Positions 12,272 to 26,208 of a stretch of DNA of 64,000 nt are shown one piece after another. The notes under the pieces were generated by a model that was not told the DNA's origin, did not search any database, and was given only the letters and a program-made list of their open reading frames with translations. Positions within the stretch are counted from its first letter, which is position 1. Each line of letters opens with the position of its first letter. Position numbers and translations under genes: made by a program. Origin of the DNA: Cyanophora paradoxa CCMP329 (Eukaryota > Plantae > Glaucophyta); assembly GCA_004431415.1 (NCBI GenBank), contig QPMI01000626.1, positions 248,001 to 312,000 of the forward strand, written 5' to 3'.

Positions 12272-15200
12272 CTACCCTTCGCCGAGCCACTGCTGCCGGA
12301 GGGGCGCCGGCGCGGCCACAGGGAACGAGACCCCCCGCCTCAAAGAGGACGACGAGGGCGCCGACGGGGCGGAGGCGGAGGCGGAGGCGGAGGTTCCCGG
12401 CGCCGGTGGCCGCTCCCGCCGGAAGGAGGAGGAGGAGGAGGAAGGGGGGAGCGGGGTGGCGAGGGCGCTGGTCGAGGCGGAGGTGGAGAGGGAGGCGTAG
12501 GGGCCCCTCCCGGGCTGCTGCTGCTGCTGCTGCTGCGGCCGGCCCAGAGGGGACGGGAGGCCCCGCCGCCCGACGCTGTCGCCCCCGCCTCCGCCTCCGC
12601 CTCCGCTGCTGGTGCCCGGCCTCGCGAGGAATCCCTGCAGGCAGGATATCAAATCTTCCAAAGGACATCATAGCATAGCATAGCATAGCAGAGGGAGAGG
12701 CGGCGGGCACCAGCTCGCCGGCGGTGCCCGGCCTGGCGCCGGCGCCGGCCCCGGCGGAGGCTCCAAGGAGGCCGGAGGAGGGCGGGCGCCCGTCCGGCGA
12801 GCTGCCGCGCCGCGCCCGCTGCTCCGCCTGCGAGGGAGAGTGAGAACGAAGTGAATAAAGGGAAAACCAGCGAGTTTTTAGAGTCGCTGAAAGTCTGTAC
12901 AGTTTTCTAAAGGAACTTCTTAAACGCGCCGGGGGGGGGGGGGGGGGGGGGGGTAAAGGGGGAGGGCTGGCTGCAGCCAACGACCGACGCGGCCGACGGT
13001 TCGCTTCCTCCTCAAGCGGGCGGCTCTAGTGCGTCCTTAGGACGTCTCTAAGCTCTAGACGGTTCGCTCAAGAACGTCCTCAAGGAGGCGGCTCTGGTGC
13101 GACACGGCCGACCTGGAGGATGGCTCTAGTGCCCGTCTAAGCCGCCCCGGCGGCTCTAGTGCGGGGGCGGGCGGGCGGGTGGCCCTAGTCCTTCCTCCAG
13201 GCCCGCTCCGTCGCACTAGGGGGCGTGCCTGGGGGGGGGGGGGGGGGGGGCGGACTTTCGTTAATCTCTAGGGGTTTCTTAAGGACTTCGTTAAGGCGTG
13301 GTTTAACAATCTCTAGGGGTTTCTAGCCAAGCCAACAACAACAACGTGCGACGCCGACCTGGAGGAAGGACTCGGCGTAGGCCTTGAAGGAGCGCCAGAC
13401 CGGCTCGTAGATCTTCAGCAGGAACCCCGCGTTGATCTGGGGGGGATCAGGGCGGGGCGGAGCGGGGCGGGGGGCCCTGGGTTCGAGGAGGGGGCCCGGG
13501 GGCCTGGAGGAGGAGGAGGAGGAGGAGGAGGAAAAAGCCTAAGAGAGGAGGCACGCGCTCGCTTGCCTCGACGAATCGCTCGGGGCTGAAGCGCTCCTCG
13601 CCGCCCTGCAGCGAGATCGACCCGCCCGTCGCCCCGTCCACGCTGCGGGGGCGGGGGAAGGGGAGGGTAAGTCGGGGCGGGGCGGAGCGGTTAGACAGAG
13701 CCGGGGTAGGGGGCTCGAGAGCCGGGCTCAAGATTCGAGCTGATGGAAGCTTAAGCCAAGAAGCTAAAAAGCTAGACAAAGAACCCAGCTCGTCCAACCC
13801 AATCCAATCCGCTGCGAGCGCGCCTGCATATGTGGAGGAACTCGACCTCGTCGGCGTGCACGGCGTGCATCCACCGCTGCCCGTACCCCGCCAGCCGCTC
13901 CGCCACCTGCCCGCCGCCGGAGGGGGGTCAGCAGTCGACGGGCCGGGGGCGGGAGGGGCGGGAGCGGGGCGGAGGTCTTTCTTATCGATATCAGTTGGCC
14001 GGACGCGAACGCTTCTTAACTGCTTCGTCTAGGCTAACAAGTGGTGGGGGCTAGTGGTGGGGAAGAGGGGGGAGGGAGGGGGGGGGGGGGGGTCTAGACT
14101 TCTTTTAGGACTTTATCCTGAGGTCTAGACTAGACTAAAGCAGTGGACGGGGGTCTGTAGCGCAGGGGGCGGGGGCGGGGCGGGGGCAGGGGCGGGGGTC
14201 CTGGCTCGCCTTGTAGCGGGCGGGGCGGGCGGGGGCGCTTCTAACTCCTTCTTTTTCTAGAATAACAAGGCCTTCTGTTGGGCCTTTCTTATTACTACTA
14301 TTTGGGGCGGGGGCCCTTGGGCTCGCGCGCCTTGTAGCGGGTGGCTGTATACAGGTCGAAGGAGCGGCCGACGGCGCAGAAGAGGCCGCGGTCCGCGTGC
14401 GGCGCCGCCTTCGGCTTCACGTACCTGTACCCGGGCGGGGGGGGGGGGTTGTCAGAGGGGGGAGACTCGGGGGGCTTGTCTAGTACGAAGCCTGCAAGCA
14501 AAAGAAGGCCTCCGAGCGGGCGAGCGGGCGGGCGAGCGGGCTTTTAGGCTTTTCAAGCTTCTAATGTTTTAAGGTTTTAATCTTTTAACGGGAGGCCTTA
14601 GAAGCCAAGGGGGCTTTCAACACAATAAAGTGATAACGTAAAGAAGAAGGTCGGATGTGCGCACACGACGTCCCGGAAAAGGCGGCGGAGGAGGCAGAGG
14701 ACGCCGGCGGGCCACACGCGGGGGCCCACGTCCAGCAGCAGCACCAGCGAGCCCCCGTCCTGGGGAGGGGGCGGGTCAGAAGGGGAGGGGGGGGGGTCAG
14801 AAGGGGGGCGGGAGGACGGCTTCGGAAGAGTTCATCAGGGGGCGGGGCCCGGGCTCGCCTTGAGGTTGCGGAGGGCGGCGACGGTCTGGGCGATGAGGAG
14901 GCTCCGCTTCAGCCGCACGCTGTGCACGTGGTACGTCTGCCCGCGGCGCCCGTCAGGGCGAGGTGGGGACAGATCGAGGGAGCTCCCGCGGGGGCGCGCC
15001 GGTCGACGGCGTCCAGAAGCTAGTTAGATAGCTAGCTAGCTAGAAGCTAGAGGCGAGAAGCTAGGGCCTCGGCCAGCCAGAGGTCGAGAGAGCTCCCGCG
15101 AGAGAAGTTAAGCTAGCGCTAGAGGCGAGAAGAAGCTAGGCCTAGCTAGCCCAGGCCGCGAACAAGCGAAGGGAGGAGAGGAGAGGGGGGGACGGACGGC

Positions 15201-16817
15201 GAACGCGGTGACGAGGTCGACGACGTTGGTGAGGCGCGTGGATCGGTCCTTCTGGAAGAGGAGCGCCAGCGGGTCCTTCGCCGCCTCCTCGTGCCGTACC
15301 TAGAAGGGAGGGGGGGGGGGGGGGGGGCGGGAGGGGGGGGAGAGAGAGAGAGAGAGGTCAGCCGCGTCCTGGCTAGCTAACTACTACTTGGTCCGAGTGA
15401 GGGCGGGAGGGGGGGGGGGGGGGGGGCGGGAGGGCGGGGGCTACGGGCGGGCCTGGAAGTGGTGCGGGATGCCGTTGTTCAGGTGCACCTGCGCCCCCCG
15501 GCTTGATTTCGGGGGAGGGGGGTACTGCTTATTTGAGGGAGGGGGGTACGCGGACCTCCTTCATGAACTGGAAGTGCCACTGCTGGTTGAATCGCAGCTC
15601 CCAGCCCTTCTCCAGGCAGACCCCCACGCCCTTCACGTAGTTCTGGGGGGGAGGGGTACGGCTGCCGTCAGGAGGGGGGGAAGTCGGCTTGGGGTACGCG
15701 GCGCGGCTCGCCTGGGCCCGCGAGAGGATGTAGCTCGCGCATCCGCCGGGTAGGCAGTTGATGTCTGGCGGGGGGTACGGATCACTGGAACGGAAACGAA
15801 GGAACGCGGCTGCACGGGGGGTACCGTAGAACTGGCACACGGCGCCGGGGACGTGAAATAATCGCCGCAGGCCTCGTCCACCTCCTTCATTCTGCGGGGG
15901 TACGCGGTCGGCGCGGAGGGGCTGAGCCGGGTGCGCGCGAGATGATGCGCTAAAGCAGCGATCGAGTTTGTGTAGTTCTAGCCAAGCCGACGGCTCGACG
16001 GCTCGCTGCCCGCGGGAGGGGGGAGGAGAAGCGGGAGGGGGTACGCACATCTGCCCGAAGCGGCCGAGGGAGGACCCGCCGACCTTTCCCCCCCGGAACT
16101 TGGCCTCGATCTCCTGGCTGTACGAGCTCCTCGCGAGCCGCTCCCGCACCGCGAAGAGCTCCCTGGGGGGTACGCGGTATTAGCTCGGGGGTACGGGCGG
16201 GGTCGGCGACGACGAAGAGGGGGTACCGGTAGTGGAGGTTCCGGCGGAGGAAGTGTAGGTGGAAGATTTTCTTGGGACCTGGGCAGGGGGGGGGGGGGGA
16301 TGTTAGACTGGCGGGGCCTCCGGGGGGAAGAGGCGGGGGGTACGGCCCGCGCACTCCAGAAAAAGGACTCGCGGTCCTCCTCGGGTACGTAATTCGGATC
16401 CTCGTCCAGGATGAGCGAGCCGGCTGTCGTACCCCGGGAGCGGGGCCGGGCGAGGGCGCTGGCGCTGCGGCTGGCGGGGCGGGACCCGGCGCCGCCGCCG
16501 GCGGCGGGCAGACCCGAGGCGGTGGCAGGCCGCGGGCGCTCGACCTCTCCGCCGAAGGGGAGGTACGCCCCGCGCCCCGCGACGACCGCCGGCTTGCCCA
16601 CGCCCTCGGCCACGCTCATGCGCGGGCCGCGGAGCCGGACGGCGGGAGAGCTGTTCGGGCGGTTGCTCCCGAGCATAGACGGCGTGCGCCGCAGCGCCGG
16701 CGTTGACGCGGAGCTCAGCGGGCGGAGCGGCGGGACCTCGGGGTGCTGGTGGCTCTGCGCCGGGCTCGGCGGAGATGCCCCTGTTGGGCTCCCGGCTGCC
16801 GTTGGAGACTCCGCCAT
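12272..16817 (-). CDS. FtsJ/RrmJ-like SAM-dependent methyltransferase domain protein, copy 1
   Basis: Exons DINCLPGGCASYILSR (SAM-binding loop), SLLIAQTVAALRNLK|DGGSLVLLLD, YVKPKAAPHADRGLFCAV; roughly 17 exons. Confidence 0.65.
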
Positions 16818-18655
16818 TGCTGCCGCTGTCTGATGGCCGCCGGGAAGAGGAGGAGCGCGCGCCGGACTTGGCCGGGGCGGCGGCTCGACGGCAGAGTCCC
16901 GCCTGCAGCGCGCGCTTAGCTAACGCATCCAGAGCAACCAAAGGCAGATACAGAGAGCAGAGCCGCACCGCTCAGGGCCCGGCGCGAGAGGATGCGGATG
17001 GGCGGTTTTAGGTCAGTTCGCCGCCGCGACTGAAGCAGCCGCCAGGGAGCTGCTGAATGGCGCTAAGACCTGCTACCAAGGCTCTCAGAAGCTTGGCGAA
17101 GCTTGGAGAAGCTTTGCGGGCTTGCTGCGCTCGTTGCTAGTGATTGTACCTCTTCGTGGAGCAGCCTGGCTGCAGGTGGCTGCTGCAGCCGCTTGAAAGC
17201 CCGCCGCTTGATGCATATGGGACAGCAACGCTGGCTCATCATGGTATGATCAGAGCTAGCGCTCAAGCTTGGAGATGCGGGCTTGTTGGACATGGGCTCG
17301 TTTTATTGTGTTGTCGTGAGCGGATACTTTGTGAGCTCAAATGGTCGAGCGCTGGCGCTTCCGCGGAGCCCAAGCTGCGCACCCGCGGCCGCATTCGTCA
17401 GCGGCATAATTCGAAGCAAGGATCGCGCGTATACGCAGACGCACACAGACGCACACGCACACGGTGCGGGGTGCGGGCTTCGCGCTGAAGTACTAGTGCG
17501 CGATGCCCAGGTGCAGCGACCGTCGGTAACGCCGCCGATCGACTGCTGAACACGAGCCCACTGCTGCGACGGCATGAGACAAACGCCTCTGAGCTGCATA
17601 GGGCGCGCCGCAGTAGAGCTGCAGTTCTGCTGGGCATTCCTGTACCCCGGATTTTCGGAAGTCGCATCGCGGTCCGGTTGTTCAGCATGTCGACGTCGAT
17701 TGCTTTCGCGGCGCCTTCGGCGCTTGCATCACCAGCGCTAACGGTTCAGCCGTCGCCGCTCCTGGCCTCGGGCTCAAGCACTCTCCTCATGATCAGCAGC
17801 CGCGCACTTCGCCCGCGCGCAATCTCCTCAGCATCCGCGCCCATCGACCGCCTGCGGACCACTGACATGTCGGCATTCCATCCATCGCACACATCTCTAA
17901 GCGCCGGAGGCCGGCATTCCTTCCCTCGATATCGCCCGGATATGCGTGCACAGCTCGGGCATCGCAATTGCAATTGGCAGCTGCAGCTGCAGACCGCACG
18001 TGCACGCGCAGCTGATCATGATTTTCACGTGCGCGCAATGGTAGATCGTGATCAAGATCTAGAGCTCGAGGCGGCAAAAAAACCAAAGCAGCTGGCCATG
18101 GCCGCGCGCGGCCGCGGCCGCGGCCGCGGTCGACGTCGCCGCGCCGCAGCGGCAGATCCAGATCTAGAGCAGCTACAACCGGTTCCAATCGCAAAGCAGC
18201 TGCAGCAGATCGCTAGTCCGCAGATTATGCTCAGCGCGACGTCGGTCATCGTTGCCATCGGCGCGGCCGCTGTCGTCACAGCAGCTCCGAGCGTCGCGCC
18301 AGGGGGCATGTTTGCCATCTCCGCAGTTGTTGTGATTTCGTCAGCGGTTTTCGGTTACAACATCGGAATCAAGGTCGACGCCCCGGGGGGCCGGGCCGGG
18401 GCGCCCCGCCCGCGGCCCCATGCACGTGCACGTGTGTGCGCATGCCGTAAGCATCACTGATCATGAAGGCGCGTGCACATGCGTATGCAGGATCTTGAGA
18501 CGGCGAAAGAACTGTCGAAGAAGGAAGTTAAAGCGGTCAGCAACTGATATCTGTCGAAGTTCGGCGCGCGTCCCGGTGGTGTCGCTTTATCTGACGCAGC
18601 ATGCGCAGGCGGAAAAAACGGCGGAGAAGGAGGTCAAAGCGGTTCGTCAGCTTAC

Positions 18656-19066
18656 TTAGTTGAACTGCCCGACGCCGCGGTAGCTGTCCTGACGCAAACA
18701 GAAGGCGGAAAAGGCAGCGCAGATGCGGATTGACGCGGTTCGCATGCTGTGTTTAGTTGAATTGCCTGACGCCGGCGCCACGGTAGCTATATAGCTGTCC
18801 TGACGCAAACAGACAGGTGGAGACGGAAGCGCGGCTGCGGGTCGATGCGGTTCGCATGCTGTGTTTAGTTGAATTGCCCGACACCGCGATAGCTGTCCTG
18901 ACGCAAACAGAAGGCGGAAAAGGCAGCGCAGATGCGGATCGACGTGGTTCGCATGCTGTGTTTAGTTGAATTGCCTGACGCCGGAGCCACGGTAGCTGTC
19001 CTGACGCAAACAGACAGGTGGAGACGGCAGCGCAGCTGCGGGTCGATGCGGTTCGCATGCGCATGC
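18656..19066. repeat. Four-copy tandem repeat of about 95-115 bp (ABAB pattern)
   Basis: Unit ttagttgaa.tgcc.gac...gctgtcctgacgcaaacaga...ggttcgcatgctgtgt. Confidence 0.85.
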
Positions 19067-19919
19067 TGTGCTGCAGCCGATGATCATGAGCCCATGTGAC
19101 GCGTTGCCTTACAGGCAAACGCACTTGCCACGGAGAAGGATCGCGAGGTTTGTTGCATGTAGATCTGCCGGCGCCGCAATGCTGCTGCAGCTGCTGTATA
19201 TGCACAGATGGCTCGTACTCATCATATGCATAATCCTGGTCCTGTGGCTGCGGCAGGCCACGAATCAGCGGAACAAGGCTGAGCAGTTACTGGTCCGTTC
19301 TCGACAGAGGAACAGCTTCATTCACAGCTCAGCTCACGTGTGCGCGCAGAGTGAGAAACTTCACCTCGTGGCTGAGAACGCTGGGCTGCCCAAGCCGCGA
19401 ACGTCTCGGAAGTTTTCGGAGGAGGACGAAGCCTGATCATGATCATGAGCTCAAGGTGCCGCAGCACAGTCCGTGTGAGCTTACTTCTGTTTGTTTCTTT
19501 TGAGCTCCGGATCCAAGCCATCATGGCACATATATAATGATTGCAAATTGAACTGATCACGTTTTCTCAGCAATGACGCTCGCGAGTCGGGATCCGGAGG
19601 TGTCAACCGGAGCATGCGGCCGCGGGGGGCCTAAACTACGAAACTTCATCGGGCCTGATCATGATCATTCCGCCGGGCTGGTTCCGATAGGCCCGACTTG
19701 ACGATCGTGTCCGGTTTGATTGATTAATTATGTACCTCACAAATTAGGTGCCCTAGCTCGCCCTCTCGGCCCGTGGCCGACCATGGCCGGGCCACCCCTA
19801 GCTAGTTTAGGCGCATGCCTCATAATCACTGGGTCAGGACTGGAGCATGCGCACTGCACGCACATACTTGATAGCTATAGCAAGCATTCTGTAGATCGAG
19901 TATTAAAAAGTTATAATTA

Positions 19920-20043
19920 CGCCTTCAAATCCCGCCCGTTCCACATAATTCCGATCGATCATGCCCCACCTTGCCTGTACACGCCCCCACAGTGCTGGAG
20001 TAGACTAGAGGCTGTGGCCGGTAATTCACCAAAAAAAAAAAAA
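19920..20043 (+). mobile_element. Short poly(A)-tailed retroposon insertion (SINE or 5'-truncated LINE) with TTATAATTA target-site duplication
   Basis: Absent from the paralogous site near 27,445; ends ctgtggccggtaattcacc followed by A13; flanked by ttataatta at 19911 and 20044. Confidence 0.75.
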
Positions 20044-20342
20044 TTATAATTAATATTAATGATGATATTTCGATCGGAATATCATGATCAGTAGACGCGA
20101 ATGGATCCAGATATCGATTCATGATTGTTTCATTGGACACGAGTACTTTGAATGCTGCGGCGCATATGCATGTACCACCGCAGTCACAGATTGCGTAATC
20201 GTGGTTTTGACTGATGTACATGTCCGAGTTGAACGTGACGCAATATAACACATCGCTAGGACGTCGGCTCCTCTCGCACAGGCCTAAGCTAACGGGCAAC
20301 GTTGACATATGCATTTATTACGAATCCCCCGCCCCGCCTTCG

Positions 20343-23300
20343 CTACCCCTCGCCGAGCCACTGCTGCCGGAGGGGCGCCGGCGCCGCCACCGGGAACGAG
20401 ACCTCCCGCCTCAAAGAGGACGACGAGGGTGCCGACGGGGCGGAGGCCGAGGCCGAGGCCGACGCAGGCGCAGGCGGCCGCTCCCGCCGGAAGGAGGAGG
20501 AGGAGGAGGAAGGGGAGAGCGGCGTGGCAAGGGCGCTGGTCGAGGCGGAGGTGGAGAGGGACGCGTAGGGGCCCCTCCCGGGCTGCTGCTGCTGCTGCTG
20601 CTGCGGCCGGCCCAGAGGGGACGGGAGGCCCCGCCTCCCGACGCTGTCACCTCCGCCGCCTCCGCCTCCGCCCCCGCCGCTGCTGGTGCCGGGCCTCGCG
20701 AGGGATCCCTGCATGCAGGATATATATCAATCCCCCGGAGGACAGCATAGCATAGCATAGCAGAGGGAGAGGCGGCGGGCACCAGCTCGCCGGCGGTGCC
20801 CGGCCTGGCGCCGGCGCCGGCCCCGGCGGAGGCTCCGAGGAGGCCGGAGGAGGGCGGGCGCCCGTCCGGCGAGCTGCCGCGCCGCGCCCGCTGCTCCGCC
20901 TGCGAGGGAGAGTGAGAACGAAATAAATAAGAGGAACACAAGCTTTAAGCATCCTTTAGACTTCACTTAGACCTGAGCGGGCCGCTCTAGTGCGGATGCA
21001 GCCAACAGCGGATAACGACGGGCGGGGCGGGGCGGGGCGGGCCTGGAGGAAGGACTCGGCGTAGGACTTGAAGGAGCGCCAGACCGGCTCGTAGATCTTC
21101 AGCAGGAACCCCGCGTTGATCTGGGGGGGGGGGAGGTGAGGGGGAGGGGGGGGTGGAGGAGGGGCCGCGGGCTCGCCTCGACGAATCGCTCAGGGCTGAA
21201 GCGCTCCTCGCCGCCCTGCAGCGAGATCGACCCGCCCGTCGCCCCGTCCACGCTGCGCGCGAGGGGCAGGAGGAGGACAAGTCAGGGCGGGGCGGGGCGG
21301 TTAAACAGGGCGGATGGGGGATCGAGAGCCGGGCTCGGGAACTCTTCGGAAGAAGTCTTCGGATTCTAGAGGGGGGCCGGTCCGCGCCTGCATATGTGGA
21401 GGAACTCGACCTCGAAGAAAGCTAAAAGAAGCAGGAAGCCCTGGAAACTTAAAGGAGTTAAGAGGAGTTAAACTCTAAGGAGGGAGGAGGTTAAACTCTA
21501 AGGAACTTCAAAAAATGGAGGAGAGGATGAGAAGGGCATAAATCTAGAGGAGGAGGAGCTTCTCAGCTTGAGGAGCTAAGAGGAGAGAGCTCAAGAACCC
21601 TCTAAGAACTCGGATTCCAGAGGGGGGCCGGGCCGCGCCTGCATATGTGGAGGAACTCGACCTCGTCGGCGTGCACGGCATGCATCCACCGCTGCCCGTA
21701 CGCCGCCAGCCGCTCCGCCACCTGCGCCCGGCCGGGCCGGCGAGGGGTTAGTAGTCGGCGGGGGGGTCTGGAGCGCAGGGACGGGGGCGGAGCGGGGGGC
21801 CCTGGGGCGCAGGGGCTATCTATTGGCTGGACGAAGAGGCTTCTAAACCAACAAGGCCCTCTCTAGGCCTTTATTCGGGGCGCGGTGGGGGCTCTGGGGC
21901 GCGCCTTGTAGCGGGCGGCGGTGTACAGGTCGAAGGAGCGGCCGACGGCGCAGAAGAGGCCGCGGTCCGCGTGCGGCGCCGCCTTCGGCTTCACGTACCT
22001 GTACCCGGGCGGGGGGGAAGGTGAGGTGTCAGTACCGCGCCGCGGGAAGGGAAGCGTGGGATCCCGGGACCGCCTAAAAGCCGCCGCTACTGAGCGGTTA
22101 GAGGCCTCTAGCTGCGGGCATGTGGATGTAGCGGGGAGCCGTGTCCCCGGGAGGGCGGGGGCGAGGCGCACACGACGTCGCGGAAGAGGCGGGGGCCGGG
22201 AGGGCGCTTACAAGCTTTTAAGCTTTTCAAGCTTCTAAGGTTTTAAGGTTTTAATCTTTTAACGGGAGGCCTTAGAAGCCAAGGGGGCTTTCAACACAAT
22301 AAAGTGATAACGTAAAGAAGAAGGTCGGATGTGCGCACACGACGTCCCGGAAGAGGCGGCGGAGGAGGCAGAGGACGCCGGCGGGCCACACGCGGGGGCC
22401 CACGTCCAGCAGCAGCACCAGCGAGCCCCCGTCCTGCCGAAACAAGGCAAGGGGGCTCAGGAGGAGATTATCACGGGGCGGGGGCCCGGGCTCGCTTTGA
22501 GGTTGCGGAGGGCGGCGACGGTCTGGGCGATGAGGAGGCTCCGCTTCAGCCGCACGCTGTGCACGTGGTACGTCTGCCCGAGGCGACCGTCAGAAGAACG
22601 AGGGAGGGACCTCGGCCGGCCGCAGATCGAGAGAGCTCCCGCGAGAGAAGCTAAGCTGGGTAGCTAGCTAGCTAGAAGCTGGAGGCGTGAAGAAGCAAGA
22701 CCTGGCCAGCTAGGCCGAGACGAAGCGAGGAGAGCGGAGGAGCGGGCGCACGGCGAAGGCGGTGACGAGGTCGACGACGTTGGTGAGGCGCGTGGATCGG
22801 TCCTTCTGGAAGAGGAGCGCCAGCAGGTCCTTCGCCGCCTCCTCGTGCCGTACCTAGAAGGGAGGGGGGGGGGGGGGGGGGCGGGAGGGGGGGGGAGAGA
22901 GAGGTCAGCCGCGACCTGGCTAGCTAACTACTACTTGGTCCGAGTGAGGGCGGGAGGGGGGGGGGGGGGCGGGAGGCGGGGGTACGGGCGGGCCTGGAAG
23001 TGGTGCGGGATGCCGTTGTTCAGGTGCACCTGCGCCCCCCGGTTTGATTTCGGGGCGAGGGGGGTACTGCTTATTTGAGGGAGGGGGGTACGCGGACCTC
23101 CTTCATGAGCTGGAAGTGCCACTGCTGGTTGAAGCGCAGCTCCCAGCCCTTCTCCAGGCAGACCCCCACGCCCTTCACGTAGTTCTGGGGGGGAGGGGTA
23201 CGGCTGCCGTCAGGAGGGGGGGAAGTCGGCTTGGGGTACGCGGCGCGGCTCGCCTGGGCCCGCGAGAGGATGTAGCTCGCGCATCCGCCGGGTAGGCAGT

Positions 23301-24362
23301 TGATGTCTGGCGGGGGGTACGGATCACTGGAACGGAAACGAAGGAACGCGGCTGCACGGGGGGTACCGTAGAACTGGCACACGGCGCCGGGGGACGTGAA
23401 ATAATCGCCGCAGGCCTCGTCCACCTCCTTCATTCTGCGGGGGGTACGCGGTCGGCGCGGAGGGGCTGAGCCGGGTGCGCGCGAGATGATGCGCTAAAGC
23501 AGCGATCGAGTTTGTGCAGTTCTAGCCAAGCCGACGGCTCGACGGCTCGCTGCCCGCGGGAGGGGGGAGGAGAAGCGGGAGGGGGTACGCACATCTGCCC
23601 GAAGCGGCCGAGGGAGGACCCGCCGACCTTTCCCCCCCGGAACTTGGCCTCGATCTCCTGGCTGTACGAGCTCCTCGCGAGCCGCTCCCGCACCGCGAAG
23701 AGCTCCCTGGGGGGTACGCGGTATCAGCTCGGGGGTACGGGCCGGGTCGGCGACGACGAAGAGGGAGTACCGGTAGTGGAGGTTCCGGCGGAGGAAGTGT
23801 AGGTGGAAGATTTTCTTGGGGCCTGGGCAGGGGGGGGGGGGGGGGGATGTTAGACTGGCGGGGCCTCCGGGGGGAAGAGGCGGGGGGGTACGGCCCGCGC
23901 ACTCCAGAACGTCTCGCGGTCCTCCTCGGGTACGTAATTCGGATCCTCGTCCAGGATGAGCGAGCCGGCTGTCGTACCCCGGGAGCGGGGCCGGGCGAGG
24001 GCGCTGGCGCTGCGGCTGGCGGGGCGGGACCCGGCGCCGCCGCCGGCGGCGGGCAGACCCGAGGCGGTGGCAGGCCGCGGGCGCTCGACCTCTCCGCCGA
24101 AGGGGAGGTACGCCCCGCGCCCCGCGACGACCGCCGGCTTGCCCACGCCCTCGGCCACGCTCATGCGCGGGCCGCGGAGCCGGACGGCGGGAGAGCTGTT
24201 CGGGCGGTTGCTCCCGAGCAAAGACGTCGTGCGCCGCAGCGCCGGCGTTGACGCGGAGCTCAGCGGGCGGAGCGGCGGGACCTCGGGGTGCTGGTGGGCG
24301 GGCGGCGGGCCCGGCGGAGATGCCCCTGTTGGGCTCCCGGCTGCCGTTGGAGACTCCGCCAT
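20343..24362 (-). CDS. FtsJ/RrmJ-like methyltransferase domain protein, copy 2
   Basis: Same exons as copy 1, from MAESPTAAGSP to QQWLGEG*. Confidence 0.65.
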
Positions 24363-26208
24363 TGCTGCCGCTGTCTGATGGCCGCCGGGAAGAGGAGGAG
24401 CGCGCGCCCGACTTGGCCGGGGCGGCGGCTCGACGGCAGAGTCCCGCCTGCAGCGCGCGCTTAGCTAACGCACACAGAGCAACCAAAGGCAAATACAGAG
24501 AGCAGAGCCGCACCGCTCAGGGCCCGGCGCGAGAGGATGCGGATGGGCGGTTTTAGGTCAGTTCGCCGCCGCGACTGAAGCAGCCGCCAGGGAGCTGCTG
24601 AATGGCGCTAAGACCTGCTACCAAGGCTCTCAGAAGCTTGGCGAAGCTTGGAGAAGCTTTGCGGGCTTGCTGCGCTCGTTGCTAGTGATTGTACCTCTTC
24701 GTGGAGCAGCCTGGCTGCAGGTGGCTGCTGCAGCCGCTTGAAAGCCCGCCGCTTGATGCATATGGGACAGCAACGCTGGCTCATCATGGTATGATCAGAG
24801 CTAGCGCTCAAGCTTGGAGATGCGGGCTTGTTGGACATGGGCTCGTTTTATTGTGTTGTCGTGAGCGGATACTTTGTGAGCTCAAATGGTCGAGCGCTGG
24901 CGCTTCCGCGGAGCCCAAGCTGCGCACCCGCGGCCGCATTCGTCAGCGGCATAATTCGAAGCAAGGATCGCGCGTATACGCAGACGCACACAGACGCACA
25001 CGCACACGGTGCGGGGTGCGGGCTTCGCGCTGAAGTACTAGTGCGCGATGCCCAGGTGCAGCGACCGTCGGTAACGCCGCCGATCGACTGCTGAACACGA
25101 GCCCACTGCTGCGACGGCATGAGACAAACGCCTCTGAGCTGCATATATATATAGGGCGCGCCGCAGTAGAGCTGCAGTTCTGCTGGGCATTCCTGTACCC
25201 CGGATTTTCGGAAGTCGCATCGCTGTCCGGTTGTTCAGCATGTCGACGTCGATTGCTTTCGCGGCGCCTTCGGCGCTTGCATCACCAGCGCTAACGGTTC
25301 AGCCGTCGCCGCTCCTGGCCTCGGGCTCAAGCACTCTCCTCATGATCAGCAGCCGCGCACTTCGCCCGCGCGCAATCTCCTCAGCATCCGCGCCCATCGA
25401 CCGCCTGCGGACCACTGGCATGTCGGCATTCCATCCATCGCACACATCTCTAAGCGCCGGAGGCCGGCATTCCTTCCCTCGATATCGCCCGGATATGCGT
25501 GCACAGCTCGGGCATCGCAATTGGCAGCTGCAGCTGCAGACCGCACGTGCACGCGCAGCTGATCATGATTTTCACGTGCGCGCAATGGTTGATCGTGATC
25601 AAGATCTAGAGCTCGAGGCGGCAAAAAAACCAAAGCAGCTGGCCATGGCCGCGCGCGGCCGCGGCCGCGGCCGCGGTCGACGTCGCCGCGCCGCAGCGGC
25701 AGATCCAGATCTAGAGCAGCTAGCGCTACAACCGGTTCCAATCGCAAAGCAGCTGCAGCAGATCGCTAGTCCGCAGATTATGCTCAGCGCGACGTCGGTC
25801 ATCGTTGCCATCGGCGCGGCCGCTGTCGTCACAGCAGCTCCGAGCGTCGCGCCAGGTGGCATGTTTGCCATCTCCGCAGTTGTTGTGATTTCGTCAGCGG
25901 TTTTCGGTTACAACATCGGAATCAAGGTCGACGCCCCGGGGGGCCGGGCCGGGGCGCCCCGCCCGCGGCCCCATGCACGCGCACGTGTGTGCGCATGCCG
26001 TAAGCATCACTGATCATGAAGGCGCGTGCACATGCGTATGCAGGATCTTGAGACGGCGAAAGAACTGTCGAAGAAGGAAGTTAAAGCGGTCAGCAACTGA
26101 TATCTGTCGAAGTTCGGCGCGCGTCCCGGTGGCGTCGCTTTATCTGACGCAGCATGCGCAGGCGGAAAAAACGGCGGAGAAGGAGGTCAAAGCGGTTCGT
26201 CAGCTTAC

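Noticed and set aside
17678-18460. 260-aa ORF (and its copy at 25231) as a functional gene
   Set aside because: Non-ATG start, no family motif, and conservation is explained by the recent duplication.
18656-19066. Second CRISPR-like array
   Set aside because: Whole units are homologous (ABAB) with no unique spacers.
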